Positions 39,638-56,711 of a stretch of DNA of 64,000 bases are shown one piece after another. The notes under the pieces were generated by a model. It saw only the letters and a list, made by a program, of their open reading frames with translations, was not told where the DNA came from and did not search any database. This DNA is from Octopus vulgaris (taxonomy: Eukaryota): positions 56,234,001 through 56,298,000 of the forward strand of contig OX597822.1 of NCBI GenBank assembly GCA_951406725.2, in the 5' to 3' direction. Position 1 is the first letter of the stretch; every line of letters begins with the position of its first letter. A program made the translations under genes and the position numbers.

Positions 39638-40658
39638 TGTGGGTTATTATTTAGGTTTTCTTTTTCTGTGCATTTTTGATTGGATGAACAATGGCATTTT
39701 TGTAAATGCGACGATAACAGATATGCTAAGCATTCTTGATATATAGAGATTATTAGAGATAGAATAAAATAGAAAACAAAATGTTCGATAAAATCAATCT
39801 TACCCTGATTTGGAAAAGTTTGCAAAATAACTTGACATCATTTCTGACATTCATTTGTCGTCTAATGAAAAGTTTTTTCCAGATAACGCGTGCGAAAACA
39901 CATAGAATATATCATTGCCGTGTAATACACCCATCCATTCCGGCCAGGGTGTAAAATTTGATCGATACTCAAAAGAATACATGTAAACATTGGAATGGGT
40001 ACTCAATACTCGGGAGAAATTAATAGCAGGACATTTAAACAAGGTATCACCAGCTACTTGGCTTAGTACGTATCTGTATTTTTCAGTTTCAGAAGAGAAA
40101 TGGGCATGAGAACCATAAACATGAAAGATGGAATCAAGCTGCTCATAATTTAATTGTACTGGTTCAATAAGATTTTTCATAAATTTATGTGCAATACAAT
40201 AGTTTATTGGAACGGTTCCGTTAACGGTGAAATATTTGGGGAAATCAAGAAGAAAAAAGACTGCTTTCATTTTTAACAAAACCTATTAGCACATCTTTTT
40301 TAATTGTTTCTTTTTGCAGAATTTCGTTTGGCTTCTGTAAGAAATAGTTATCAACAATAGGAGAAAAAGGAATTTGTATGAATTCCTTTGAATTATGAAT
40401 TTGTCCTTTTGTCATATATTTAGCATCGGCTTTTAGAAAGCAATTTAACATATGCTCATCGTTCTCAGTTGGACATTTCAGGAAAGCAGCCATTTCTTTC
40501 GCTCTGTCAATATTTACCTTTTTTGACTTAATTGCCAAGCCAGAGTTGAATGTCCCACTCATTATAATAGCATTACTGAAAAGTTTCCGAGACATTGGTG
40601 AAATAACATGCATGCTTATAGATATTGCACCAGCACTTTGTCCAAATAGAGTCAGTTA

Positions 40659-41760
<1,102 letters not shown>

Positions 41761-42433
41761 ATATGCACACATATATACACATATGTAGATATATATTTAT
41801 ATATATGACAAGCCTACAAATATATATATACACAGACACACGCACACACACATATATATATATATAGATATAATAAATTCACACACACAAGTATTTATGT
41901 ATGTATGTATGTATGTAAGTATGTATGTATGTATGTAAGTATGTATGTATGTATGTATGTATGTATGTATGTATGTATGTTGTACATATTTGAATTAATA
42001 TATACAAAATATAAGATATCACAAAATGATGTTATTAAACAGATCGTAATTGACTGACGCAAGTCACCAAAGTAGGATTTAAACAAAAAGTTCCAGAACA
42101 ATATCAGTTGTTATGAGTTGTGTGGACAAATACAAACGCAAATGCATACACATATACATGTATATATTTATAAATATATATACAGAGAGGCACGCACACA
42201 CACATACACGCACACAGACACACACACAAACACACACGCATATATATTTATACGAGGGTGTGCTGAAGAGTTGCTGCTTTGTGTAAAAATAATATACGAC
42301 AGACGATCAGTTAATTATGATTTTATTCAACATATCCCCCTCACAGATACAGACATTTATTGCTTCTGTCCTTGAGCTTTTCTAAGCCCTGTAATCAGAT
42401 CATAATTGACTGATGTAATTAACTAAAGTAGCA

Positions 42434-42537
42434 TCAACACAAAATGTTCCAGAACAACACCAAAGTGAAGAAAATGGAACTGAAAGTGGTTAATATTCTT
42501 CCTTGAAAAGTCCAAATATTCTGTGATCCACTTGGTA
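42434..42537 (-). CDS. Paralogue B, terminal coding exon (GPI-signal-like tail)
   Basis: Acceptor tttttcag. Encodes (V)PSGSQNIWTFQGRILTTFSSIFFTLVLFWNILC*. Spliced CDS is 1785 nt (594 aa). Confidence 0.8.
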
Positions 42538-43036
42538 CTGAAAAATACAATGGAATAAAATAATCACCTTTAATTGTATCATATTGTAATTATAGCAAAT
42601 AATTATTGTATGTATCTGAAATATATGATATCTCTGTACATGGTCGATAGAACAGATTCTGTGTATCCCTCATCCAGGCCTGTCACACCGTCTGAAAGAT
42701 ATAATCCATACAGTGGAAACGTCTCTCTGCACCTACTCCAAACAAGACTATTGTCGTTTCAACTGCAGTGAATGTGATGACCTAAGGATGGAGGAAGTAA
42801 AAGCCATTATGTTTATTGACTATCTTCAAAAGAGCTACTCCATCAATGGAGAGTGAACCTGGGCTCTCGACACATTCTGATTCAATCTCCCATGTGTAAA
42901 AATGTGCCTCTTTTCCACAATGTAAACTTTCATTTAATCAAAATATCTTTGGCCTGAAGAGTAGTCTGCGGTATACACCTCTCGTTTGGATATTTAATAT
43001 TTCCGAGGTTCCGCTCGCCATGAAACATATGTAGCT

Positions 43037-43093
<57 letters not shown>

Positions 43094-43599
43094 CTATTAG
43101 AGGATATGTTAACCTGGTGAAGGAATGGTTGCACCCTAAGAAATATTAGTCCAAAACCTAGTATTTTGGAGAATTAAATTCCTTTACAGAAATAGGTATA
43201 AATTAAGCATATAGTTTAAATACATTTGAAAGAAAAAAAATGAATATAAAGAAGTTGATAATTGTTTATTATAAACAAATTGGTCATATTCGCTTCTTAC
43301 ACCCGTTTCAATTAATACTCAATGATTTAATTACAAATTTGTTCATTAAATGTACATAAGAGAAAATAAAAAGATGTACCTTTGAATCTTATTTGTAGGC
43401 TTGTCAATTCATTTCGTAAACGTAAATATAATGTAAAAATTTGTAATTATATTATTGAGTATTGATTGAAACAGCTGTAAGAAGTGAAGATGACCAATTT
43501 GTTAATAATAGGCAATTATTAACTTCCTTATCTCAATTTTCTTCCCTCTTCTTTTAAATATATATATATGTACTCAGGCAAGGTACATTCCAGATGTTA

Positions 43600-44060
43600 T
43601 TAGTGTTTGTCAGGAGAGACATTTCTCAATTTCAATAAAGCAAAAGATGCTAATCTCCCTTGGAGTAGAATCCCTCTCTTCAATGTGCTTGTATGGCAAC
43701 GGCCACATGGTGAAGACCTCACGGAAGGCACAACCTCATTCATCTTCTTTTTGGAGGACAACAAGAAGTCATATGGAGCTATATGCACCATAGAATGTGT
43801 GAAAGACAGTTTTGATGGCCATCTCCGACAAGTAGTTTGCAACCAGGGTGGAATTTTGGAATGGTGCACTGTCCTGTTGTAGGTACTCTACTCTCTTGCA
43901 ACGATATCTTTACTTGTACTTTCCCAAAACCTCCTCCCAAACTCCTCGTTGACCGTCTGGCAAGACGAAAACCAGTGGATATAGATGATGCCCTTTTTCT
44001 CAAAACAAGGTGATTATCATGAGCTTCTCGGTGAACTTGCTTTGTCTGGTGTCATGTGAC
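43600..44060 (-). mobile_element. Decayed mariner transposase fragment
   Basis: HHSKIPPW...THSMVHIAPYDFLL resembles HDNAPAH...HPPYSPDLAPxDFxLF. Confidence 0.45.
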
Positions 44061-45135
44061 ATGCAACATGAATAACATTCCCTTCATCAGTTGTCCCCAA
44101 AGACAAGACCTGCTTTTATCTGTCTCTTCTCAAAGCTCGTTTTTCCAGCTTTCACCACTTCACATCGTCATGGCTTAACAATCCTCACCGTTTGTCTTTA
44201 GTGTTTTGTTCTTACTATCTTGTTTTTGTTACCACTTTCACCGTTCGCAAAATATCCCAAATTTTGTTCAATTTGCTTTGCGGGAAGAGCTGTTTTAACG
44301 AAGTCGTGTCCTGTCCTTACCTTCCGAAAGTGGAATAGATAAAACGGGGGACAACTGATAAAGGGAATGTTCTTTATGCTGCATGTCTCATTTCTCTGGG
44401 GTTTTTTCGTTCGGAAAAAGTTCGTCTTCTATGTTTTTGTTTTTTATGTTCTAGTTTCTCATTTTTGTCTAGGCTTTTTTGATGTCCCCACCCGTATATA
44501 TATATATGCATGTATATATTCATATATGAGTAGGTATATACACATATGTATGTTTATATTTATATGTTATTTATATTATATTATATGTATGTTTATGTGT
44601 ATGTATTATATTATTATATATGTTTATATGTTTCTATGTTTATTATATATTCATATATTTATATTATATATATGTTTATGTTATATATGCTTATATTATA
44701 TATGTTTATATGTATATATAATATGTATGTTTATATTTATATGATATTTATATTATACATATATACATAAAAAAACATATATATATGTATACATATACAT
44801 ATATATGGGCATTTCTTTGTGAATGTGTCTATTTATGTAATGTATGAATGTATATATGTACATATATGTATATGCATAAGCTCCAATCTATGTATGTGTG
44901 TATGAGGTGCATATGTAAAAAGATATGAGTAATTTTTTTAAAGCAAACTTATATTGATATTCATTAATGATTTATTTATTTACAATTAATTAACTTATTC
45001 TGGGCATCTATGATTTCTTTCTAACTCAAAATTTCTTTTTGATTCAAGATTTTTTTAACTCAGTATTTTCTTCGATTTTATAGAAAACGATACTTATGTG
45101 ATTATATTCTTATTTTCAGATGCAGCACGGAAGTT

Positions 45136-45182
45136 TGTCATTGAATAGGTCGGTGTTTCAAAGCGAGGAAAATATTTTGACA
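45136..45182 (+). ncRNA. Degenerate hammerhead motif
   Basis: UGUCA UUGAAUA G-GUCG...GCGA-G GAAAA-UA-UUU UGACA; perfect stem I, palindromic AAUAUU, core pair 3-8 broken. Confidence 0.45.
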
Positions 45183-45573
45183 AATTAAATTTAAATGTCG
45201 AAGTGAATCTAACGGTTTTTGTGTGTTTCTTAAATGGCTTATAAACACCTTCCCTGCTGCAATTCTTTTCGTTCCAGCACGCGATGTCAGATCAGGTCAC
45301 TTGCTATGCAAGTACATCTCCGTAATTTTTATTTTCATTTTATTATTATTTTCTGTTCATATATTTACTCTCTCCACTTGGATATTTCTGAAAGACCGTT
45401 AGTGGAAACAACCAAACAAATTGAAAAGTGTACGTGTCAACGTGAATCCTATCAAAGCATACATTATACATACAACCCCAATTTTTATTCCGTTCTCAAT
45501 CACGGGAACGTGAAACACTGAGAAATAGTTTTTCGTGATATTTTTGTAGTATTTTTGCATCTTTAATAATGAA

Positions 45574-45683
<110 letters not shown>

Positions 45684-47422
45684 AAAAAAGGAGATGTCGA
45701 ACACGAGTGGTGATATATAAAAAAGGAAATGAAGAAAATGCTGACAAATAATTGAAGTAATTTAAGTAATTTAATTAGGTGAAAGTTCTTTTTACCGGTT
45801 GCGCATTTGTTATGCTTATCAAAATATAAAAGAGAGATTAGAGTCTGTCTCTTATATGTGAAAAAAAGAGGCTCCAGAGTTGTTTGGGATTTGCTTGGTT
45901 TCGCGCCTAAAATTTTGATTGGTCATTATGAAGGGGTCACGTGAATGTTTGAATGGAAGTTGGTGTTGGGGTAAGAAAAAAGGCTCCAGAGAAGTTAAAA
46001 TTTGGCTAGTGTCCCGCCTAAAATTTCTTATTGGCCATAATAAAGAGGTCACGTGAATGTTTAGAATTTTCGAAAATAGTGTTGTTGAAAATTCTTATTG
46101 TTCAGGCTGGTCAGTAGACGTCATGTGGATATTTTAAATAGCTTTTTAGCGCGTAGTTAGGGAGTGTATTTTCCGCTTGACTGGATAAGTAAGTTCGTTT
46201 AGAACAGGGAGAGCTGTATGTATGTATGTGTGTGCGCGCGCGCGCGCGTGTGTGTTTATATGTATGTTGGGGCGCGCGCGCGTGTATATATGTGTGTGTG
46301 TGTGGGTAAAATTTTCAATATTTATAGTTCTGCTGGCCTTGTGCCTGTATCGGGAAGCAACGTATTTGTGTGAAGTCAATATTTACAGCCATTTCCAAAA
46401 AATAGTGTTGGATGTTTTGCACCCGTATTCAATTATGTGTATGTGTGGAACCATATATTTGTGTGTGTCATGGTGTTAATATCTGGGTAAAGGTGTGTGT
46501 AGGGTGTGTGCAGGTGTAAGTGTGTTTGTTGTGGGTTCGTGTTAGGGGCATGTGTTTAGAAGTGGTCTGTATTTATTAATAAGGTGGGATTCCATGGTTA
46601 TTCGCTGGGTATGAGTGGCATTGTCTTTAAATTTGTAGAGGGGAAAGATTCTAAAATTGGGATGGAGTTGTGCGGCACAGGTATCAATATGTGCACTAAA
46701 TGCTATTTTTCTATATTCCTGTATTTTTATTTGGGATCTGTGGACAGTCATGCGTTGGCGGAGGCTATTTTTTGTTTGGCCTATGTAGTGTTCATTACAG
46801 CCCGAGCAAGTTAAGACATATACTAGGTTTTCTGATGCGCATGTGAAGTTGTGTTTTACTGTGAAACGTTGTCCTTGTTTAAAAAGGAATTCCGGACCTT
46901 CTATTAGGTTGATGCATATACCACAGTTGGGTCTATTGCATTTGTTTACTGTGGGTTTAGTTGTTGTGGTTGGCAGTACTTTGGCATTTGTTAGGATGGT
47001 TTTCAATGATTTGGGTTGCCTTTTGCTCTTTATGATTTCGTGTGTTAGGAGGATTTGGTTCATTCTATGGTCCTTTTGTAATACAGGAATGTTCTGGAGG
47101 ATGGTGTCAAAAGCTTCATTGTTGAGGGGGTTGTGTGTAGAGATGTATGGTAGAGTATGGGGTTTCGATGTAACAGGTTTAGGGCGTCTAAGTTCCTGCG
47201 TGCTGAGTTTTAGGGCGCGTTGGATCCCATTGTCAATTAGTGACGTGGGGTAATCCCTGCTTGTTAATGTGCCCTTGAGTTCTTGTAGACGTAAGAGACG
47301 GGTGTTTTTATTGGAGACTATAGTGCAAATTCTCTTGGCTAAGTTGTAGGGAATGTTAATTTTAACGTGTCTAGGGTGGCATGAATTGAAAGGGAGGTAT
47401 TGCTTGGAGACTTAGGGAAAGA

Positions 47423-48268
47423 ATGGCATTAGAGAGACTGAAAACAGAGATTGAACTTCTCAAATTAAGGGCCCAAACAAATGAGGAAAGAGTCAAAACA
47501 ATCGATGAAGAGATCCTCCTCGTAATAAATAACAAGGCCGAAAGCCTACACATAGAGAAGATCTCCAAGTTATGGAAAGATGACTGCAACAAAGAGGAAC
47601 TAAAATCCCTACAACGCTGGGAAAAAAGTGCCGCCTGGTTCCTAAACTATGAATCGACTTTCAAAACGGATTACTCTTCCAATAACCCGTTCATAAAAAT
47701 GGGAAAACCAGGAACCCAACCACACAACTACTCCGCCAACCCTCCAACCTTGAACAAAAGAAGGAAACAGCATATCGAAGATGTACCTTCTTACCCCACG
47801 TCCATAAGGAGGAACAAGAACCCTGGAAACTCTCACCACCAGAATTACATTAACGAATTTCCCTCTTCAAGGAGACGCTACACACAACAACTCAACAACT
47901 ACTCGAATACCTTATTAACAAATAAAAGAGGATCCCACTACCAGGATAGACACAACAACATCCACACCACGAGGGGACAACAAGGTAATTTTCACTTTCT
48001 CAACTCTCACAATACACAACAAACCCATACCACTCGATACAAGCACCCACGCAGGCCACTCATATCACCACAATCCATCACAACACAAAGAAACACACAC
48101 CAACACCCGCAATACAGGAACACCCCATTCTATCCACAACCACGAACCCGAACCATATTTCACAACAAGGAATATAACAAACACACAGGACCTCCTAACA
48201 CCAACAGACAACCCCTCTACCCCAACCATTTTTTAGACACAGCACACAGATACAGGCAAACAAAATAA
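47423..48268 (+). CDS. Penelope B upstream ORF1 (5'-truncated; helical N-part, Asn/His/Gln/Arg-rich tail)
   Basis: 281-aa ORF ending ...PNHFLDTAHRYRQTK*, overlapping ORF2 in the -1 frame at TTTTTTA (48229-48235). Confidence 0.7.
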   Translation: MALERLKTEIELLKLRAQTNEERVKTIDEEILLVINNKAESLHIEKISKLWKDDCNKEELKSLQRWEKSAAWFLNYESTFKTDYSSNNPFIKMGKPGTQPHNYSANPPTLNKRRKQHIEDVPSYPTSIRRNKNPGNSHHQNYINEFPSSRRRYTQQLNNYSNTLLTNKRGSHYQDRHNNIHTTRGQQGNFHFLNSHNTQQTHTTRYKHPRRPLISPQSITTQRNTHQHPQYRNTPFYPQPRTRTIFHNKEYNKHTGPPNTNRQPLYPNHFLDTAHRYRQTK

Positions 48269-50476
48269 CACAGGACAGGGAAGAGAAACATAAACTAATT
48301 AAAGTCATCAATTTAACCAATACAGAACCCAACCCCAACCTTCTCAACTTACTCTCCAAAGGTCTGAAATTCACACCAACCCCCCCACGTCCAAACTACT
48401 ACGAAATGAAGGAAGACATTACAGAATTTTGTAGAAAATTGCGACTTAGTGAGGAACTATTCGACCAGCACAAAGAGGATGAGTCACTAGCTAGAAATAA
48501 AAGCAACTACACCCCACGAAAAGGTAGAAATAAAATCCTAGACGAATTCTGTGAGCACATTACAAACTTCCCCTACCAACACTTACACAAACCAAAACCC
48601 AAACCAAACCTCAACAAGAAAGAGTGGGAAGAATTAAACAAATTAAAAAATGAAAGATCTATCACCATTAAAGAGGCCGATAAAGGAAGTGCAGTAGTCT
48701 TAATGGAGACAGAATACTATATCAACTTAGCACTCTCCACCTTGGAAAATGGAACATATTACGAAAAGGCTGAACACTACAATCAACAGAAAATTATGAG
48801 AAACTTAAAAACCCTGATCAACCCCCACAAAGAAGAACTCACTAACAAAGAATTCAACTTCATCACAAATTTCACTAGTAAAACCAGCCTCTTCTACGGT
48901 ATTCCCAAAATTCATAAAAGCGAATTAATAAGTAAGGCATGCAAGGAAGCCACAAACTCTGTAATCAATGCCCCCTCACCAAATGACCTCAAATTGAGAC
49001 CTATAATAGCAGGTCCCGCTTGCGAAACCCACCGCCTTAGCAACTTCATTGATACCCTTCTCAAGCCGTTCCTCAAACACATTAAAAGCTACATAAGGGA
49101 CGATCTAGATATGCTCAACCACCTCCCCAATACACTTCTTGCTGAACAAACCCTGCTAGTAACATTCGATGTAGTCAATCTTTACTCCAACATCCCCCAC
49201 AACCTAGGAATAGAAGCTATTCATCTTAGAGAATAATTTCTTCACCATCAACAACAAATTCTACAGACAGAAATCAGGGACGGCAATGGGAACGAAAACA
49301 GCTCCCACTTACGCCAAATTAGTCATGGGATACCTGGAAATCACCCTCTATAATAACGTTCTTAACCAATTTGGCACCACTCTCCACACACACATAGAGA
49401 AGAACTGGAAGATATATCTTGATGACTGCTTCATCCTTTGGCCCGAAACCGTCGAGAAGCTTAACGAATTTCACACTCTTATAAATGGGCTCAACACAAA
49501 CATTATTTTCACAATGGAATACAGCCCTCAACAAATTCCCTTCCTCGACATCCTCATTAAAATTCACAACAAAAAAATAGAAACAGACATATACTACAAG
49601 CCCACAGACTCCAAGCAATACCTCCCTTTCAATTCATGCCACCCTAGACACGTTAAAATTAACATTCCCTACAACTTAGCCAAGAGAATTTGCACTATAG
49701 TCTCCAATAAAAACACCCGTCTCTTACGTCTACAAGAACTCAATGGCACATTAACAAGCAGGGATTACCCCACGTCACTAATTGACAATGGGATCCAACG
49801 CGCCCTAAAACTCAGCACGCAGGAACTTAGACGCCCTAAACCTGTTACATCGAAACCCCATACTCTACCATACATCTCTACACACAACCCCCTCAACAAT
49901 GAAGCTTTTGACACCATCCTCCAGAACATTCCTGTATTACAAAAGGACCATAGAATGAACCAAATCCTCCTAACACACGAAATCATAAAGAGCAAAAGGC
50001 AACCCAAATCATTGAAAACCATCCTAACAAATGCCAAAGTACTGCCAACCACAACAACTAAACCCACAGTAAACAAATGCAATAGACCCAACTGTGGTAT
50101 ATGCATCAACCTAATAGAAGGTCCGGAATTCCTTTTTAAACAAGGACAACGTTTCACAGTAAAACACAACTTCACATGCGCATCAGAAAACCTAGTATAT
50201 GTCTTAACTTGCTCGGGCTGTAATGAACACTACATAGGCCAAACAAAAAATAGCCTCCGCCAACGCATGACTGTCCACAGATCCCAAATAAAAATACAGG
50301 AATATAGAAAAATAGCATTTAGTGCACATATTGATACCTGTGCCGCACAACTCCATCCCAATTTTAGAATCTTTCCCCTCTACAAATTTAAAGACAATGC
50401 CACTCATACCCAGCGAATAACCATGGAATCCCACCTTATTAATAAATACAGACCACTTCTAAACACATGCCCCTAA
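48229..50476 (+). pseudogene. Penelope B RT/GIY-YIG ORF2, disrupted by an internal frameshifting deletion near 49220
   Basis: KVINLT...LLSKGLKFTPTP, IKEADKGS, FDVVNLYSNI, MGTKTAP, IYLDD, IPFLD, LVYVLTC..C..HYIGQT. About 25 codons present in Penelope A between 'AI' and 'ILENN' are missing here. Confidence 0.88.
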
Positions 50477-51185
50477 CACGAACCCACAACAAACACACTT
50501 ACACCTGCACACACCCTACACACACCTTTACCCAGATATTAACACCATGACACACACAAATATATGGTTCCACACATACACATAATTGAATACGGGTGCA
50601 AAACATCCAACACTATTTTTTGGAAATGGCTGTAAATATTGACTTCACACAAATACGTTGCTTCCCGATACAGGCACAAGGCCAGCAGAACTATAAATAT
50701 TGAAAATTTTACCCACACACACACACATATATACACGCGCGCGCGCCCCAACATACATATAAACACACACACGCGCGCGCGCGCGCACACACATACATAC
50801 ATACAGCTCTCCCTGTTCTAAACGAACTTACTTATCCAGTCAAGCGGAAAATACACTCCCTAACTACGCGCTAAAAAGCTATTTAAAATATCCACATGAC
50901 GTCTACTGACCAGCCTGAACAATAAGAATTTTCAACAACACTATTTTCGAAAATTCTAAACATTCACGTGACCTCTTTATTATGGCCAATAAGAAATTTT
51001 AGGCGGGACACTAGCCAAATTTTAACTTCTCTGGAGCCTTTTTTCTTACCCCAACACCAACTTCCATTCAAACATTCACGTGACCCCTTCATAATGACCA
51101 ATCAAAATTTTAGGCGCGAAACCAAGCAAATCCCAAACAACTCTGGAGCCTCTTTTTTTCACATATAAGAGACAGACTCTAATCT

Positions 51186-51233
51186 CTCTTTTATATTTTG
51201 ATAAGCATAACAAATGCGCAACCGGTAAAAAGA
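51186..51233 (+). ncRNA. Hammerhead-like motif in Penelope B 3' region (identical inverted copy at 45787-45834)
   Basis: UUGAUAA GCAU-AACAA-AUGC GCAAC-CG-GUA; U3-A8 core, palindromic ACCGGU, but GCAA replaces GAAA. Confidence 0.55.
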
Positions 51234-51294
51234 ACTTTCACCTAATTAAATTACTTAAATTACTTCAATTATTTGTCAGCATTTTCTTCATTTC

Positions 51295-51343
<49 letters not shown>

Positions 51344-51593
51344 GAAATATGTTACGAAAAGAAAATATAAAATACACGTGGAAATGTAAGGGTAAAATAT
51401 GCAAAATCAACGAAAATGCATATTGCAAATAGAAAAAGGCTATTTATGACAGGTAACGACAAATATATACATTTAGATTGACTGAGGTAGTAATACGAGT
51501 CATAAAAGTCATTATTATGAGATGATAATAAAGTAAGAAAACAAAACGAACCAATGGTTTACGCAAAGCTATTCATTGGTTGAACAACACCGG

Positions 51594-51665
<72 letters not shown>

Positions 51666-51878
51666 TAGATAGATAGAGAGAGAGAGAGTGGGGTAGAGAA
51701 CCACATGCGAGAGTATATACGAGTATGTATGCATAAGTATATATATATAGAGAGAGATAGATGGACAGACAGACAGACAGACAAACAGACATACAGAAAA
51801 ACAAAAAGACAGACAGACAGACAGACAGACAGAAAGACAGACAGATAGATAGATAGATAGATAGACAGATAGACAGAC

Positions 51879-51947
<69 letters not shown>

Positions 51948-52026
51948 CATTCATGTATGTGTATAGACCTGTGGACATATGGTAACGACAGCACAGAAAT
52001 TTATTGAAGGAAACATAGAAAGTTAC

Positions 52027-52211
52027 CTGGACGAGACGGTTCCTTTAATTTAGGGAGAAGATCTGACCAAAAATCGCATACACTGTACTTAGACGTGTCC
52101 TTATTCTTCATCATTGGTTTCTTGTCAATCGCAAAATATTTCTGGCTTTGTTGTGTGAATTTCGACCATGGTTCATTGGAGCAGTCAACACAGTCACCAT
52201 TATTAGGATTA
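52027..52211 (-). CDS. Paralogue B, second coding exon (185 nt)
   Basis: Same splice sites and phase as 13481-13665. Encodes NPNNGDCVDCSNEPWSKFTQQSQKYFAIDKKPMMKNKDTSKYSVCDFWSDLLPKLKEPSRP. Confidence 0.9.
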
Positions 52212-52654
52212 CTAGAGAAAAGAAAAGAGTGGTACTATTTTAGGTAAATGAAAATAAATGTATTGTTAGAAGAGAACGTCAGACAATATGTTGTGCAGTA
52301 GAACTTTAAGGGCCTTCATACTGCGAGTCCAAAATTTGGCTACGGTCACATTTACTAGTCATTTACTCTGCATAGGCAACACAAAGTACCATTTGAAGGA
52401 GAGGCTTTCATAGTGCGATCTCAGTATTGCTTACACTGCTATAGATACTAGTTGGGTGACAGCTTCTGCACCGAGGAAGTGGAGATATCTCTTGCTCTGG
52501 ATGTAGTTGGGGTGGATTCTGTTGCTATAATTGGACTAACATACAATGTTATTCCTAGAAATCGTTAAAGTCGTTAATCGGGGCAGGAAGTAGGGCGAAT
52601 AAATCAAAAAGAGGTGTGCCAAGATACTTATTTTCCAAATCAGATTATTATTAA

Positions 52655-53937
<1,283 letters not shown>

Positions 53938-54033
53938 GAAATCGTTAAAGTCGTTAATCGAGGCAGGAAGTAGGGCGAATAAATCAAAAAGGGGTGTCTT
54001 TGTGTGTGCCAAGATATTTATTTTCCAAATCAG

Positions 54034-54117
<84 letters not shown>

Positions 54118-54754
54118 GCGGCGAACTAGCAGAATTGTTAGCACGCAGGGCTAAATGCTTAGTGGTATTTAGTCCGTTTTCACGTTCTGATTTCAAATTT
54201 CTCCAAGGTCAAATTAGCTTTTCAACCTTTCGGGGTCGATAAAATAAGTATCAGTTGAATACCAGGATCGATATAACTGATTCATGCCCACTCTTAAATT
54301 GCTATCCATATGGCCAAATTGGAAACCCTTATTATTACAGTTGTTGCTGTTGTTGACGTTATTGTTGCTGTTATTGTGTTTATTATTATTATTATTTATA
54401 TTATTATTATTATTATTATTGAGTGAGAGAGCAGTTCATGCCATCAAAGTGACACTGGGGTAAAATATACGAAGCCCAATATACACATCATGACTACCCG
54501 TCTGATAAGGGTACACCAGGCACATGCACCACAACCATATGTGCGCGACATGGTGATCTCATATCAAGATAAACAGGACATGACCTTGCAGGTGGGGCCC
54601 AGTTAGAATTGCACGTAACTTTCACGCCCGTGCAATAGCCAGTCTATCGCCTGTGGTGGGTGGATATTCAAGTTGCCACACGCATTCTTTGTAGCTTTGA
54701 GTAGGCTCGAATTAGAAATTATTCTTTGTGGATAATGGCATGAGTCCTGATTGG

Positions 54755-54960
54755 AAAAAGAAGAAGAAGAAGAAGAAGAAGAAGAAGAAGAAGAAGAAGA
54801 GGAAGATGAAGGAGAAGAAGAAGAAGAAGAAGAAGAAGAAGGAGGAGGAGGTGAAGAAGAAGAAGAAGACGAAGAAGAAGGAGAAGAAGAAGAAGAAGAA
54901 GAAGAAGAAGAAGAAGAAGAAGAACGACAACAACAACAACAATAACAACAACAACAACAT
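54755..54960 (+). repeat. (GAA)n/(GGA)n polypurine tract followed by (CAA)n
   Basis: Directly visible. Confidence 0.95.
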
Positions 54961-55946
54961 TAATGAAAAGGAGAAAAAGAAAACGAGCCACGCAAACTCT
55001 CTACTAGTGCGAAAGGAAGTAAAGACATTTATATAAACGAAAATGAATTCAAGAGTGCTAAACACATGTTGGAGAAATGTGAGAGAATTCTGGTACTAAA
55101 TATTCCTGGCACCTCCTCGCTGACTAAATTGCGCTAAGTAAACCTTTCTACTTCTGTACCTTAATCAAATTTGTATCTTGGGGTCGCCTTGGAAACAAGG
55201 GCATCTAATCAACGACTTCAGGTTACTAAGTGTAGATGCAGTGGCCATCAGTAAACCCACTCTCTCCGACCGACAAGCCTTCATGCCAATTTTCGGTGGA
55301 TACAAGATATTATTTATCTCCATGTAAACAGGAAATGCGAGTTGGAAACATCCAGATAGACGATACAAAGAAAACAAGGACGGGTCATTCGAAGTATTCT
55401 TTCCTCAGTCAAGCATCAGATTATCCTCGGAATTTCGGATGAATATACTTGAGATTGCTCCAATCTAGCCAGCCCCAAGGAAAAACTAAGCTAGAGCATT
55501 AGATTCCTTGGAAGAAAGCAGCGAATGTATAAAAAATCAAGGACGAAAAGAATCGGACGTTACACAAGTACAAAGAACGACACGTCATCGGTGGTCGGCT
55601 GTCTATCTACTCCTCATTTCGAGCATTCGACGACAATATGAGTCTTTGAAGACAGTTGCTCCCACAAATTCGAAAATAAAATTTTCGATATATGGTGGGT
55701 CATAGTTTGGAACAAAAACAGGACAGTGGAGAAATGCAAGGATGGTCGTTAGACCAGAATGAGAGGAAAATAGTGAACACTGGGAGAAATATATTCCTTG
55801 AAAAGAGAAAAGATAGAAAAGAGAGATAAAAGATGTCCAGTCCTTAGAACGTCGTGCAGAGAATGAAAGTTATGTATAGACATAAATTCACTGTGTATCA
55901 ATCTAATATATTCGCTGAATAAGTCTATTTTTTATTTACCCATTAA

Positions 55947-56065
<119 letters not shown>

Positions 56066-56076
56066 TGTATGTATGC

Positions 56077-56233
<157 letters not shown>

Positions 56234-56711
56234 AGGATAGATTATTTGTTTCAGTTATTAGACTGCAGCCATAGTGACAAGGAGACTTCAGAATTTTAAT
56301 CGACGGAATTACTTTTTTGAAGATTGATACTTATTCTATCGGAAAAATTTCTGAACCGCTAGCTTATGTTTAAGAGAAACATACCAACAGCGGTAAAGTT
56401 GAACAAAACAGACACAATATGACATACACACACAAATGGATATGTTAAGGAAGAAAGAGAGTGAGAGAAAAAAGGAGTTAGATACATACATACTTTGTAG
56501 GTTAGGCTTAACTTTATTATTTAGATTTGTATATTCTGTGTGTTTGTGTGTTTGCGTTTTTGCTTGGGTGAACAATGACGTTTGTGCATGTGTATCAGTT
56601 ATAAATATATTAACCTCTCTCATTATATAGAGATTAGAAGGGACAAGATAAAGGCGAGAAAAGCAAAAGCCTAAAAGGAAAACCAAAATGTCGTATACAA
56701 GTCAATCTTAC

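Noticed and set aside
54712-55065. Poly-Lys/poly-Glu/poly-Phe ORFs
   Set aside because: (GAA)n microsatellite inside an intron of paralogue B.
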